Origin: an uncultured Kiloniellales bacterium | Lineage (GTDB): Bacteria > Actinomycetota > Acidimicrobiia > Spongiisociales > UBA5794 | Reading direction: 5' to 3' | NCBI GenBank assembly: GCA_964195155.1 | Contig: CAXMOP010000115.1 | Location: forward strand, 4,986 to 68,985 | DNA length: 64,000 nucleotides | Part shown: positions 8,349 through 17,327 of the stretch, one piece after another | Layout of the letters: each line of letters begins with the position of its first letter | How positions within the stretch are numbered: position 1 is the stretch's first letter | Position numbers and translations under genes: made by a program | Notes under the pieces: generated by a model | The model's input: the letters and a program-made list of their open reading frames with translations, nothing else | Database searches by the model: none | What the model was told of the DNA's origin: nothing

Positions 8349-11131
8349 CCGAATCTCCGCCCCGCCCACGCAGAGACAACCAGCACAGACAGCCAAACGG
8401 CGGCGAGGATCGCCTGGGTGCGGCGCTCACCGATCGGAGCGAAGGCGGCCGTCCCGCTGTCCGCCGAAACCTCGTTCCACACGCCCGATTGAGCCCAAGG
8501 CGCAGGTCCCCATCGGCCGTGTGCGTTGTCGCGAACGGTGAGTCGGCTCCCCGTCTCCGCGGTCCCCTCGTAGTCGGCGCCGACACTCGGCCATGCGATT
8601 CCGGCCGACGTCATGGAACGGAAGGCTCCCGCTGCCTCAATTTCATACGTCTCGTTCTCCAACCCTGCGCTGAGCGAGACGATGTCGAGTTGGCCGGTCA
8701 GCCGCTCGGACCAGGCCGCGGCGTAGGGCTGGTCCTGCATGATCACGATCCATCGGATGCCGAAGGAGGCAAGCGCCTCGCCCGCCCGGGAGGTCTCCCC
8801 AGCGATGACCGACAACAGCTCGGCGTGCAGCGCGTCGTCTGCGGGCCGCGGTGCGGCGAGATCGGCCTCCCACAACTCGACCGTGGGCGCCGAGACGACC
8901 CGGTAGGCCGCGCCCTCGATGATGCGCTCGTCGCCCGGCAGCTCCCCGGGTGCACCGAGAAGCAACACGCGAGACTCGGCGGCGTCGCCGGGTCGAGCCT
9001 CGGTGAAGGCAAGCGCCTCGCGATACCGGTCTGGAGGGAGCCCCGCCCTCCCTCCCAGCAATACGGTGGACGAGGCCGCCAGCAGCACCAGGGCGCCGGC
9101 AACGGCGACGCCGCCGACGATCCGCCGCCAGCCGCTGGTCTCGGAGCGCGTGATGGCCTCGAGCGCCGCACCGGTGATCGCCGCCAGACCGAGCGTGACG
9201 AGGGTCAATCCGGCGTATCCGATCTCGCTGCCACCGCCGAGACCGGCACTCCTCGCCAGGAGGGCTCCGCCGGCAGCGAGCACGCCGCCCCAACCGGCAA
9301 CCAGGGCAAGGCGCCGCGGCGCCGAGACGACGACGGCCACGGCTGCGATCATCGTCGCCGCGACCACCACGATCGAGGTCGACCAGAATGCGGCACCCTG
9401 GGTGAGGAATACGTTCAGATCGACGGCGCCGGCCCACGGAAACAGCATCGGAATCGCCAGGACGACTCCCGCGCCGCTGATCGCCACGGCCCGCCACGCC
9501 CCGCCGTCGTTCACGTTGATCAAAGCCCATACCAGCAATGCCACAACCGGCACGAGTAGCAGCGAAGGAGAAGCCAGGGCGACGATGCCGGTGCTGGCGC
9601 CGATAGCGGCGACCCGACCTGCCCGGCCAAGGGCGGTCTTCGGCCACCGGGCCAGCGCCAGTCGCAGCACCAACGGAACCACACCAAGCCCGATCATCGT
9701 CCCGATGGCGGTCTGCGAGGCCAGACCCTGGTACGCCGACCCGGTCACGTACACCAGACCGGCAAGGGTGCCGGGCACCGCCTTGATCCCCCATCCACGC
9801 AGCAATCGAACGGTCCCCCATACCCCGAGGAGGGCCGATCCGGCGATGGCTACATACTCGGCGAGCCGGCCGGAGTCGAGGGTCAGCCCGCGTAGAACGC
9901 TGACGACGGCAACCAGTGGCGGAAGCACCTCTTCGCTGCCGAATCCGGCGGGGTTCCATCCACCGGCATACGCGCCGAGGCCCGCCAGCCAGGAGCCCGG
10001 AAACGCCAGACTCTCGCCAACGGCCGGAAGCCCGAACGACCAGAGCGAGCGGACGGCGATCAGGACCAGGAACACCGCGGCGACACCCACGATCAACGAC
10101 GGTCGCCGCAACTCCTGGCCGATCGCCTCAACCCCGATCGCGTCTTCACCGGGAAGCCTGGCCCTGATCCGGTCCGACAGTTGAGACGAGGTGCGTTTGA
10201 GTGATACCGACCCGCTGACTTGATAGCGGAAGAGCTCTTCATCGCCGACGGCACGCGCATGTCTGGCGCGTCGGCGCTCCCCGAGCGTGTTCGGCAGACG
10301 CACCAGATTCCAGGCCCAGGCGCGAAGCCAGTCGAAGAACGTCCATCGGCCCAGGAACAGGGAAAGCGTCGAATCGGCAAAGCCGGAAAGGAAGGCAACC
10401 GGCACCGTCCACAGCAGGGTCAACGGCCCGTAGACCTTGCCCATCGCCCGGAACCTGCCGGCGCGCTCGCGCCACGGCTCCCGCTCGGTTCCCCCGTCCA
10501 CAACGAGAACCTCAGACGACGGGACCACGATGACCCTTGCGCCGCGGAGCCGTGCCCGCTGGCAGAAGTCCGTCGCCGCGGCGAGGGACGGCAGGAGTCG
10601 GTCCGGCCCTCCGAGGCCGCGAGCGAGGTCTCGTCGCACGAACAGCGACTCACCGCCGACGGCTGCGACATCGCGCACGACGTCGTACTGGCCCTGGTCG
10701 AGTTCGTCGTCGTCGAGCCCGGTGTACGGGGAATCAAAGACGTCGGTGGCGAAGCCGACCGACAGCAGGTGACCCGGATCGTCGAGGTCGAGGATCTTGG
10801 ATCCGGCGACCGCAGCGTCAAGGGAGGTCGCGGTGTCGGCGAGGGCGGCAAGGGCATCGGTGCGGGGTCTGGCGCCGCTGCGCACAAACCAGAGGTGGCT
10901 CGCGGTGCTGCCATCGCGGGAAAACATGGCGGCGATGGCCGGAAACCATTCGACGTCCTCCGCACCGGCGAGACGACGCGCATCGGTGTCACCGCCGATA
11001 ATGACGATCTCGTCCGACTCGTACACTTGGCCACGAACCGCATCGAGGGTTTCGGCAAGGCCGGGCGTGCTGCCAACGAGAATGGCGGTGACGACCGAGG
11101 CGGGGTTCGCTCCCGCGGAAGAGGCTGACAT
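8345..11131 (-). CDS. Glycosyltransferase family 2 domain fused to a large (about 650-aa) polytopic membrane domain
   Basis: The N-terminus SVVTAILVGSTPGLAETLDAVRGQV with ESDEIVII is GT2-like, and the remainder is highly hydrophobic. The start at 11131 is tentative: it overlaps the cofD start divergently (catg) and has no Shine-Dalgarno sequence. Confidence 0.7.
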   Translation of the reverse strand: MSASSAGANPASVVTAILVGSTPGLAETLDAVRGQVYESDEIVIIGGDTDARRLAGAEDVEWFPAIAAMFSRDGSTASHLWFVRSGARPRTDALAALADTATSLDAAVAGSKILDLDDPGHLLSVGFATDVFDSPYTGLDDDELDQGQYDVVRDVAAVGGESLFVRRDLARGLGGPDRLLPSLAAATDFCQRARLRGARVIVVPSSEVLVVDGGTEREPWRERAGRFRAMGKVYGPLTLLWTVPVAFLSGFADSTLSLFLGRWTFFDWLRAWAWNLVRLPNTLGERRRARHARAVGDEELFRYQVSGSVSLKRTSSQLSDRIRARLPGEDAIGVEAIGQELRRPSLIVGVAAVFLVLIAVRSLWSFGLPAVGESLAFPGSWLAGLGAYAGGWNPAGFGSEEVLPPLVAVVSVLRGLTLDSGRLAEYVAIAGSALLGVWGTVRLLRGWGIKAVPGTLAGLVYVTGSAYQGLASQTAIGTMIGLGVVPLVLRLALARWPKTALGRAGRVAAIGASTGIVALASPSLLLVPVVALLVWALINVNDGGAWRAVAISGAGVVLAIPMLFPWAGAVDLNVFLTQGAAFWSTSIVVVAATMIAAVAVVVSAPRRLALVAGWGGVLAAGGALLARSAGLGGGSEIGYAGLTLVTLGLAAITGAALEAITRSETSGWRRIVGGVAVAGALVLLAASSTVLLGGRAGLPPDRYREALAFTEARPGDAAESRVLLLGAPGELPGDERIIEGAAYRVVSAPTVELWEADLAAPRPADDALHAELLSVIAGETSRAGEALASFGIRWIVIMQDQPYAAAWSERLTGQLDIVSLSAGLENETYEIEAAGAFRSMTSAGIAWPSVGADYEGTAETGSRLTVRDNAHGRWGPAPWAQSGVWNEVSADSGTAAFAPIGERRTQAILAAVWLSVLVVSAWAGRRFG

Positions 11132-12101
11132 GAACGACGCTATTCAAGAGACGAAGCCGCGCTATTCCAATCATCCGCGCCTTGCCGTCCTATGCGGCGG
11201 CGTCGGCGGGGCACGGGCGGCCAGGGCTCTGGCGAGTGTCCTCCCCGCCCCGCATCTCACCGTAATCGGCAACGTCGGGGACGACGAAGTGCGCTACGGC
11301 GTCCACGTGTCGGCAGACATGGACACGATCGTGTACACCCTGGCCGGGCTTCAGGGCCCGCACGGGTGGGGCATCGCCGGGGACACGTTTGCCGTGATGG
11401 ACCAATTGTCGGTGCTCGGTGAGGACACCACCTTCCGGCTCGGCGACCAGGATCTGGCCACCTGTCTGCATCGGACGGTTCGGCTGGGGGCCGGTGATTC
11501 CCTGTCGACGACGATCGCCGAGGGTGCTGCCGCGTTTGGCGTCACGGTGCTGGTCCTCCCGGCCACCGATGATCGGCTTCGCACCGAGATCATCACCAGC
11601 GACGGGGAGCGCCTGGCCTTCCAGGACTATTTCGTCATCCGTGGTCACCGCGATGAGGTCGCCGGGCTCGACTTCGTCGGCAGCGAGGCGGCAGTGCCTG
11701 CCCCGGGTGTGGTGGAGGCGATCGAGGAAGCCGATGTCGTCGTCATCGCACCGTCGAACCCGCCACTCTCGATCTGGCCGATTCTTGCGGTTGGCGACAT
11801 CGCGGCGGCGGTGGATCGGCACGACCGGGTGGTGGCGATCAGCCCGCTGTTCGGGGGTGCGCCCATCAAGGGACCGGCCGATCGTGTCCTCGCCTCGCTT
11901 GGCTTTGCGCCGGGAAATGAGGGAGTTGCGGGTGCCTATGCCGGTCTGCTCAGCGATCTCGTCATCGACGTCGGTGACGCCGCCGACATCGAGCTGCTGG
12001 CGGCGCCCCAACTGGCCGTGCACGCACTTGACACGCGAATGGGTGGGCCCAATGCGGGTAAGCGCTTCGCCGCCTCCCTGCTGGAGACGCTCGGATGGTG
12101 A
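11130..12101 (+). CDS. cofD: 2-phospho-L-lactate transferase CofD (FbiA), F420 biosynthesis
   Basis: LAVLCGGVGGAR, the DTIVYTLAG region and GWGIAGDTF are CofD/LPPG:FO transferase hallmarks. Confidence 0.85.
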   Translation: MNDAIQETKPRYSNHPRLAVLCGGVGGARAARALASVLPAPHLTVIGNVGDDEVRYGVHVSADMDTIVYTLAGLQGPHGWGIAGDTFAVMDQLSVLGEDTTFRLGDQDLATCLHRTVRLGAGDSLSTTIAEGAAAFGVTVLVLPATDDRLRTEIITSDGERLAFQDYFVIRGHRDEVAGLDFVGSEAAVPAPGVVEAIEEADVVVIAPSNPPLSIWPILAVGDIAAAVDRHDRVVAISPLFGGAPIKGPADRVLASLGFAPGNEGVAGAYAGLLSDLVIDVGDAADIELLAAPQLAVHALDTRMGGPNAGKRFAASLLETLGW

Positions 12102-12796
12102 AGCGGATCGAGCTCATCCCCGTTGAGGGAGTTCCGGAGGTCCGGTCGGGCGACGAACTCGGCGGGATGATCGTCGCCGCCCTGGCGTCGTCGGGCGAGT
12201 CGCTCATCGACGGCGACGTGCTGGTCGTGACCCACAAGGTGATCTCGAAAGCCGAGGGACGGATCGCCGAGGTCGCTTCGGAGGAGGACTACCGAAAGCT
12301 GGTGGAGGACGAGGCCGAATCCATCATCCGCCGGCGGGGCGACCTCGTCATCACCAAGACGCGCCACGGCTTCATCTGCGCCAACGCCGGTGTCGATCGC
12401 TCGAATACCGCAGAGGGAACCGCGGTGCTGCTGCCGATCGAGCCGGATCGATCGGCCCATCGCCTTCGCGTCCAGATCCAGCACATGTTCGGGGTGTCGA
12501 TTGCCGTCGTAGTCACCGACACCTTTGGCCGCGCCTGGCGCCGCGGCCTGGTCGACGTGGCCATCGGGGTGTCTGGCCTGCCGGCGATCGTCGACCTGCG
12601 CGGCACCACCGACGCCTTCGGCCGAGTCCTCGACGTCACCGAGATCGCCCTCGTCGACGAGATCGCCGCTGCCGCCGACCTGGTGATGGGCAAGGCCAGC
12701 CAGGTCCCGGCGGCAATCCTGCGCGGGCTCACCCTCACCGGCGACGGCCGGGCCACCGACCTGGTCCGCCCCCCCGATGAAGACCTGTTCCGATGA
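12095..12796 (+). CDS. cofE: Coenzyme F420-0:L-glutamate ligase CofE (FbiB N-terminal domain type)
   Basis: An ATGGTGA overlap with the cofD stop. The VITHKVISKAEGR and ICANAGVD motifs are present. Confidence 0.85.
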   Translation: MVKRIELIPVEGVPEVRSGDELGGMIVAALASSGESLIDGDVLVVTHKVISKAEGRIAEVASEEDYRKLVEDEAESIIRRRGDLVITKTRHGFICANAGVDRSNTAEGTAVLLPIEPDRSAHRLRVQIQHMFGVSIAVVVTDTFGRAWRRGLVDVAIGVSGLPAIVDLRGTTDAFGRVLDVTEIALVDEIAAAADLVMGKASQVPAAILRGLTLTGDGRATDLVRPPDEDLFR

Positions 12797-12878
12797 GTCG
12801 CGAGTCACGAGTCGCGAGTCGCGAGCCCGAATCTTCGGTCGTGGTTTTGCTCGCGACTCGCGACTCGCGTCTGGCGTC
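12795..12878. repeat. Inverted heptamer arrays (GAGTCGC)x4-loop-(GCGACTC)x3 forming a long hairpin
   Basis: Directly visible as gagtcgcgagtcacgagtcgcgagtcgcgag ... ctcgcgactcgcgactcgcg, between cofE and fpg. Confidence 0.9.
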
Positions 12879-12883
12879 TTCTC

Positions 12884-13771
12884 ATGCCTGAGCTGCCTGA
12901 GATCGAGGCGTACCTGTATGCGCTGCGACCGCGGATCGTTGGCCGCCAACTGAAGGAGCTCCGGGTGGCCAGCTTCTCGCTGCTCCGCACCTACGACCCA
13001 CCGGTGTCGGCGGTGGAAGGCAAGGAGGTTGCCGGGGTGCACCGCATCGGGAAGCGCATCGCCATCGACCTCGAGGACGATCTCGCCATCGTGGTTCACC
13101 TGATGATCGCCGGACGGTTGAAGTGGGAGAAGGTGGGCAAGGCGATTCCAAAACGTTACGGGCTCGCCGCCCTCGACTTCGACGACGGAACGCTGCTGCT
13201 GACCGAGGCCGGCACAAAGCGACGGGCGACGATGCACATCGTGCGGGGAGACGAGTCGCTCGATGCGCTCGACCCCGGCGGCGCCGAGCTCGCCGACTTG
13301 GACGTGGCAGGTTTCAAGGAACGTCTACTCGTAGAGCGCCACACCCTCAAGCGAAGCCTCACCGATGCCCGATTCCTTTCTGGAATCGGTGGCGCGTTCG
13401 CCGATGAGATCCTGTGGCAGGCCAAGCTGTCGCCTACCCAGATCAACACCAACCTCGACGACGAGGAGGTCGAGCGTCTGTACCGCGCCAGCGTCGGCGT
13501 CATGGATCGGTGGACCGAGGTGCGCATCGACGAGACCGGCGACGGCTTCCCCGAGAAGGTCACCGCCTTTCATCCCGGCATGGGGGTGCACGGCAAGTTC
13601 GGCGAGGCTTGCCCGGAATGTGGCGCCCCGGTGCAGCGCATCGTGCATGGTCGCCGCGAGACCAACTACTGCCCGGGGTGTCAGACCGGAGGCAGGATCC
13701 TCGCCGACCGATCACTGTCGCGGCTCCTCAAGGACGACTGGCCGAAGACCCTGGACGAGCTAGAGGACTAG
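12884..13771 (+). CDS. Formamidopyrimidine-DNA glycosylase / endonuclease VIII family (Fpg/Nei)
   Basis: The N-terminus MPELPEIE carries the catalytic Pro2 and Glu3. The C-terminal zinc finger is CPECGAPVQR...CPGCQ. Confidence 0.85.
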   Translation: MPELPEIEAYLYALRPRIVGRQLKELRVASFSLLRTYDPPVSAVEGKEVAGVHRIGKRIAIDLEDDLAIVVHLMIAGRLKWEKVGKAIPKRYGLAALDFDDGTLLLTEAGTKRRATMHIVRGDESLDALDPGGAELADLDVAGFKERLLVERHTLKRSLTDARFLSGIGGAFADEILWQAKLSPTQINTNLDDEEVERLYRASVGVMDRWTEVRIDETGDGFPEKVTAFHPGMGVHGKFGEACPECGAPVQRIVHGRRETNYCPGCQTGGRILADRSLSRLLKDDWPKTLDELED

Positions 13772-13965
13772 CTGCGACCGCGTCGGATCTCGACGTGTAT
13801 GTTCGGGGGTTGTTTCCACGTTTGAGCAGGGTTTCCGCGGACCGTCGAGGGTACCCGCAGTGCAGATCTGGACCGCCGTTATTCCCTGACGTGACTCTTC
13901 CATGTTTCTTTTGTTTCTGTTGTTTCTGGCCGGTTTGTGTCATACCTGGTTGATAGGTTGTGGCC

Positions 13966-14639
13966 ATGGAAGACATCATCTTCGAGGGCCGTTCGCTCGA
14001 CGAGATAGAACAGATTCTTGCTCGTTGCGAGTCGGCGGTGGGGCGTCTGCGCTCGATACAGATGCGGGCACTGCGCCACGTCGACCGTGTCCAAGGCCCA
14101 CTGGCCGATGGCTGCCGCTCCATGGGGAATGGGTGACGGGCCGCCTCGACGTTTCACCGGACACCGCCAAGAGTCTGGTCTCCACCGCCCAACGCCTCGG
14201 TGAGCTGCCGGCAGTCGAAGAAGGCGCCGCCGGCGGTGACCTGACCTACGACCGGGCCGTGGCGGTGGCGAGGCTCGCCGAAGGCGGAGACGGCACCACC
14301 GCGTTGGAAGAGTCCGCCGGCCTCGACGTAGCCGGCATCCACCGTCAAGTAGCGCAGCGGCGTCGTCTCAGCCGACACCAACAAGCATTCGACGACACGT
14401 ACGCCTGGGTGCGACGGAATGGTGACGAGATCCTCCATCTTCGGCTCGTGCCGGAGCTGGACCCCGCAGCGAACGAGTCGGCCGGCTACTTCCACGTGGA
14501 GGATGCGGACTCCTGGCATGCTGCGTGGACGGGGGGCGATGTGCATCTCACCGCCATCGAAGACCATCCGTCGGGGATGCGCGAGTTCTCGTTCTCCGAT
14601 CCAAACGGCAACCTGATCCGGGTCGGACACAACCTCTGA
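13966..14639 (+). pseudogene. Degenerate DUF222 (REP13E12-type HNH endonuclease) N-terminal remnant with a frameshift near 14125, fused in frame to a VOC/glyoxalase-like C-terminal half-domain
   Basis: Frame 1 reads MEDIIFEGRSLDEIEQILARCESAVGRLRSIQMRALRHVDRVQG then stops. Frame 0 continues EWVTGRLDVSPDTAKSLVSTAQRLGELP..., the DUF222 signature W...RL.LS...A. The last 60 aa (YFHVEDADSWHAAW...FSFSDPNGNLIRV) are a glyoxalase-type beta-alpha-beta-beta-beta half. No HNH domain is present. Confidence 0.5.
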
Positions 14640-14662
14640 GCCGGGCTCGACGAGTGATTGCG

Positions 14663-15589
14663 CTACCGGCTGGCCAGGAACTCACGAACGTCGTCCGATA
14701 GCTGGCGACTCTGGGGCGAGTCGAAGGTATAGAAGCCGTGCCGCGCCCCCTCGTACACCTTGTACTCGACATCGAAGGCCCGTTGCCGGAATCGTTCGGC
14801 ACAAATCCGAGACGATCGTGCCAATCGATCCTTGGATCCCGCGACGATGAAGGTAGATGGGAGCGAATCAAACGTCAGGTCCATCGGCGTCACGGAAAGA
14901 TGCGGCGCTACTTCTGCTGCAAGAGCTGCCTGACCGGCGTAACTCCGGAGCATCAGAGACGCGGGGCCGAACCCGTCTTCGATCCAGGTGAGACGGTCAA
15001 GCACCCCCTGAATCGATACAACACTCTGAATCGCCGGCACCTCTCCCGTCATCTCAACCCCGAGGGGCTGCGCCAGGCCGGGATTGGAGATCATGATCGC
15101 CGCCATCATCGCCAGGTTGCCACCAGCCGAATCACCCATCAGATGCACTGACTCGTACTCGGGATGGTGACGACGTATCCACGCCAACGCGGCGAGGGTC
15201 GAACGCAGGATGTGCGGATGCGGATACTCCGGAGCCAACGGGTACTCGACATTGAAGACCGGATGTCCTGCCGCGGCGACATCGAGTAATCGATACGTGG
15301 AGATGTCAGAGCTGCCGCTGATCCAACCGCCGCCGTGAAAATAGACCACTGCGGTCATCGGCGACGACTTCGGCGCGGCGGGTATGAAATCGAGATACTC
15401 GGCCGCGTTGGGCCCATATTGGTGGCGACCGACCGTTTCCGGCGGCCTGCCCTTCCGAAAACGAAATGCCGCTGCCACCGATCGACTCATGAACCTTGAC
15501 ACGCCAACGGAGAGCCGGTCACGAAACGGAGCCCTCACGAGGGAGACCCCGTCGGTCGGCTCGCTCGGTTCCATCCGCGGCACACTCAC
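14663..15589 (-). CDS. Alpha/beta-hydrolase esterase/lipase (HSL/Aes family)
   Basis: The HGGGW oxyanion motif and the GDSAGG nucleophile elbow are present. The start is GTG at 15589, or alternatively ATG at 15490. Confidence 0.75.
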   Translation of the reverse strand: MSVPRMEPSEPTDGVSLVRAPFRDRLSVGVSRFMSRSVAAAFRFRKGRPPETVGRHQYGPNAAEYLDFIPAAPKSSPMTAVVYFHGGGWISGSSDISTYRLLDVAAAGHPVFNVEYPLAPEYPHPHILRSTLAALAWIRRHHPEYESVHLMGDSAGGNLAMMAAIMISNPGLAQPLGVEMTGEVPAIQSVVSIQGVLDRLTWIEDGFGPASLMLRSYAGQAALAAEVAPHLSVTPMDLTFDSLPSTFIVAGSKDRLARSSRICAERFRQRAFDVEYKVYEGARHGFYTFDSPQSRQLSDDVREFLASR

Positions 15590-15636
15590 TACTCACCCTC
15601 TGGGTGCGTTTTTGCGACCCTGGATCTACCCGTCCG

Positions 15637-16581
15637 TCACAGGTTCTCCCGGAACCAGTCGATGGTCCGGACCAGGCCTTCCTCGATGGTCGTCCACGGC
15701 TCCCAGCCGAGATCGCGAGCTGCCCGGGACGGATCGAGGCAGGACCGTTGCTGCTCCCCCGCTCTCGCTGCGGCGTGACGTGGTTCGACATCCGATCCGA
15801 CGATGGCCGCCATCTTGGTGTAGAGGTCGACCACATTCGTCTCAACGCCGGTGCCGATATTGATGTACGCACCGCCGCCTTGCAAAGCCGCCCGCCAGCA
15901 AGCGTCGGTGACGTCTTCCACATAGACGTAGTCCCGGGTCTGCTTGCCGTCGCTGTAGATCGTCGACACCCTGCCCCCGAGCAGGTCACCGGCGAAGATC
16001 GCCACCACCCCGGCCTCGCCGTGTGGGTCTTGGCCGGGCCCGTACACGTTGGAGAAGCCGAGCGAGACAAAATCGACTCCGTGGGCACGGCGGTAGTACG
16101 CGAGATAGTCGTCGGCGACTTTCTTGGACACGCCGTACGGGGAGGCGGGCAGTCGCGTTTCGGATTCCTTGGTCGGAATCTGATCGGTGTCTCCGAACGT
16201 CGCTCCGCCGGAGGAAGAAAACACCACCCGCTCGACCGCCGCCTCCCGCGCCGCCTGAAGCAGGTTGATGGTGCCGATCAGGTTGACGTCGGCATCGAAG
16301 GCCGGGTCGACGACCGAAGCCCGCACGTCGATCTGTGCCGCTAAATGAAAGATGACCTGCGGCGTGAACCCCACCACGACCTGGCGTAGCTCGGGGGCGC
16401 GGATGTCCATCTGATGGAAGTGGACCTGCCCGCGATCGCGTGCGGGCGCCAGTCGGGACAACATCCCCGATGATAGGTTGTCGATGACCAGCACCTCGGT
16501 GCCCTCGTCGACGAGCCGTTCGACCAGGTTCGATCCAATGAACCCTGCTCCACCGGTGACGACGGCTTTGGAGGTTGCCAT
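15637..16581 (-). CDS. NAD-dependent epimerase/dehydratase (UDP-glucose 4-epimerase-like)
   Basis: ATG at 16581 is confirmed. The Rossmann motif VVTGGAGFIGSNL is followed by YGVSK (YxxxK). A TGATG overlap links it to the upstream gene. Confidence 0.8.
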   Translation of the reverse strand: MATSKAVVTGGAGFIGSNLVERLVDEGTEVLVIDNLSSGMLSRLAPARDRGQVHFHQMDIRAPELRQVVVGFTPQVIFHLAAQIDVRASVVDPAFDADVNLIGTINLLQAAREAAVERVVFSSSGGATFGDTDQIPTKESETRLPASPYGVSKKVADDYLAYYRRAHGVDFVSLGFSNVYGPGQDPHGEAGVVAIFAGDLLGGRVSTIYSDGKQTRDYVYVEDVTDACWRAALQGGGAYINIGTGVETNVVDLYTKMAAIVGSDVEPRHAAARAGEQQRSCLDPSRAARDLGWEPWTTIEEGLVRTIDWFRENL

Positions 16582-17285
16582 CAGATCTTTGCCGGCAGCG
16601 TGTCGGGCAGGAATTCGAGGACGCGATCCGCGGCGTCGTCGGCTGCACCGGCGGAATACTCGTCGGCATTGATGTTCCAGAACTGAGCACCGACACCGTC
16701 GTAGACCACCCAATCCGCATGCGGGGCCGCCTGGCGGGCCCGGTCAACGCCGTCGAGGGCCTCACGGCCCGATGTGCCAAGAATCGGGACGTCCAACTCG
16801 CCAAGCAGCGCCACGGCATGGTCGCCGATCACCGGGTCGACCAGCGCCAGGGAGGCCACGAGCGGTGAGGACGCCGCCTGTCCAATGGCGGTCAGGGCCC
16901 CATCGCCAAAGGCCAGTACCCCGAATCCGTGCTCGGCGTTGGACCAGTTGCCGGCCGGGTTGATGATGAATTTGACGAACGCGCTGAGCCCACCGGGCCC
17001 CGGTGCCACTGCCGCCATGCCGTGTCTGGCGATCAGCCGGCAGATATCGCCCACCGACGATGCGGCGTCGTATGACGGTGACACCACGACGACTGTCGGC
17101 CACTCCCCTATCAGATCCGGGCGCGCCAGGTAGCCGGGATGGGAGCGGGATCCCGTGGACACGCTGGTCGATCCGTACAAGATGACGGTGGTGCCCTCGC
17201 CCTTGAGAACGCTCAATTTGGCTCCTCGGATGCGGCGCCGCCGGAGAACGGCGGCGTCGCGAGCGTAGTGCCGGCGAAGGTTCAT
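16581..17285 (-). CDS. Dienelactone hydrolase-family alpha/beta hydrolase
   Basis: 234 aa with DLH-like organisation. ATG at 17285. Confidence 0.6.
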   Translation of the reverse strand: MNLRRHYARDAAVLRRRRIRGAKLSVLKGEGTTVILYGSTSVSTGSRSHPGYLARPDLIGEWPTVVVVSPSYDAASSVGDICRLIARHGMAAVAPGPGGLSAFVKFIINPAGNWSNAEHGFGVLAFGDGALTAIGQAASSPLVASLALVDPVIGDHAVALLGELDVPILGTSGREALDGVDRARQAAPHADWVVYDGVGAQFWNINADEYSAGAADDAADRVLEFLPDTLPAKI

Positions 17286-17327
17286 AGATCGTGACCGGGT
17301 TGTCGGGAAAGGATTGACGCGATCTAT
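17283..17327. other. Inverted repeat CATAGATCG-N27-CGATCTATG spanning the start codon of 16581..17285 and the stop codon of birA
   Basis: A perfect 9-bp inverted repeat seen in the sequence. Confidence 0.5.
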
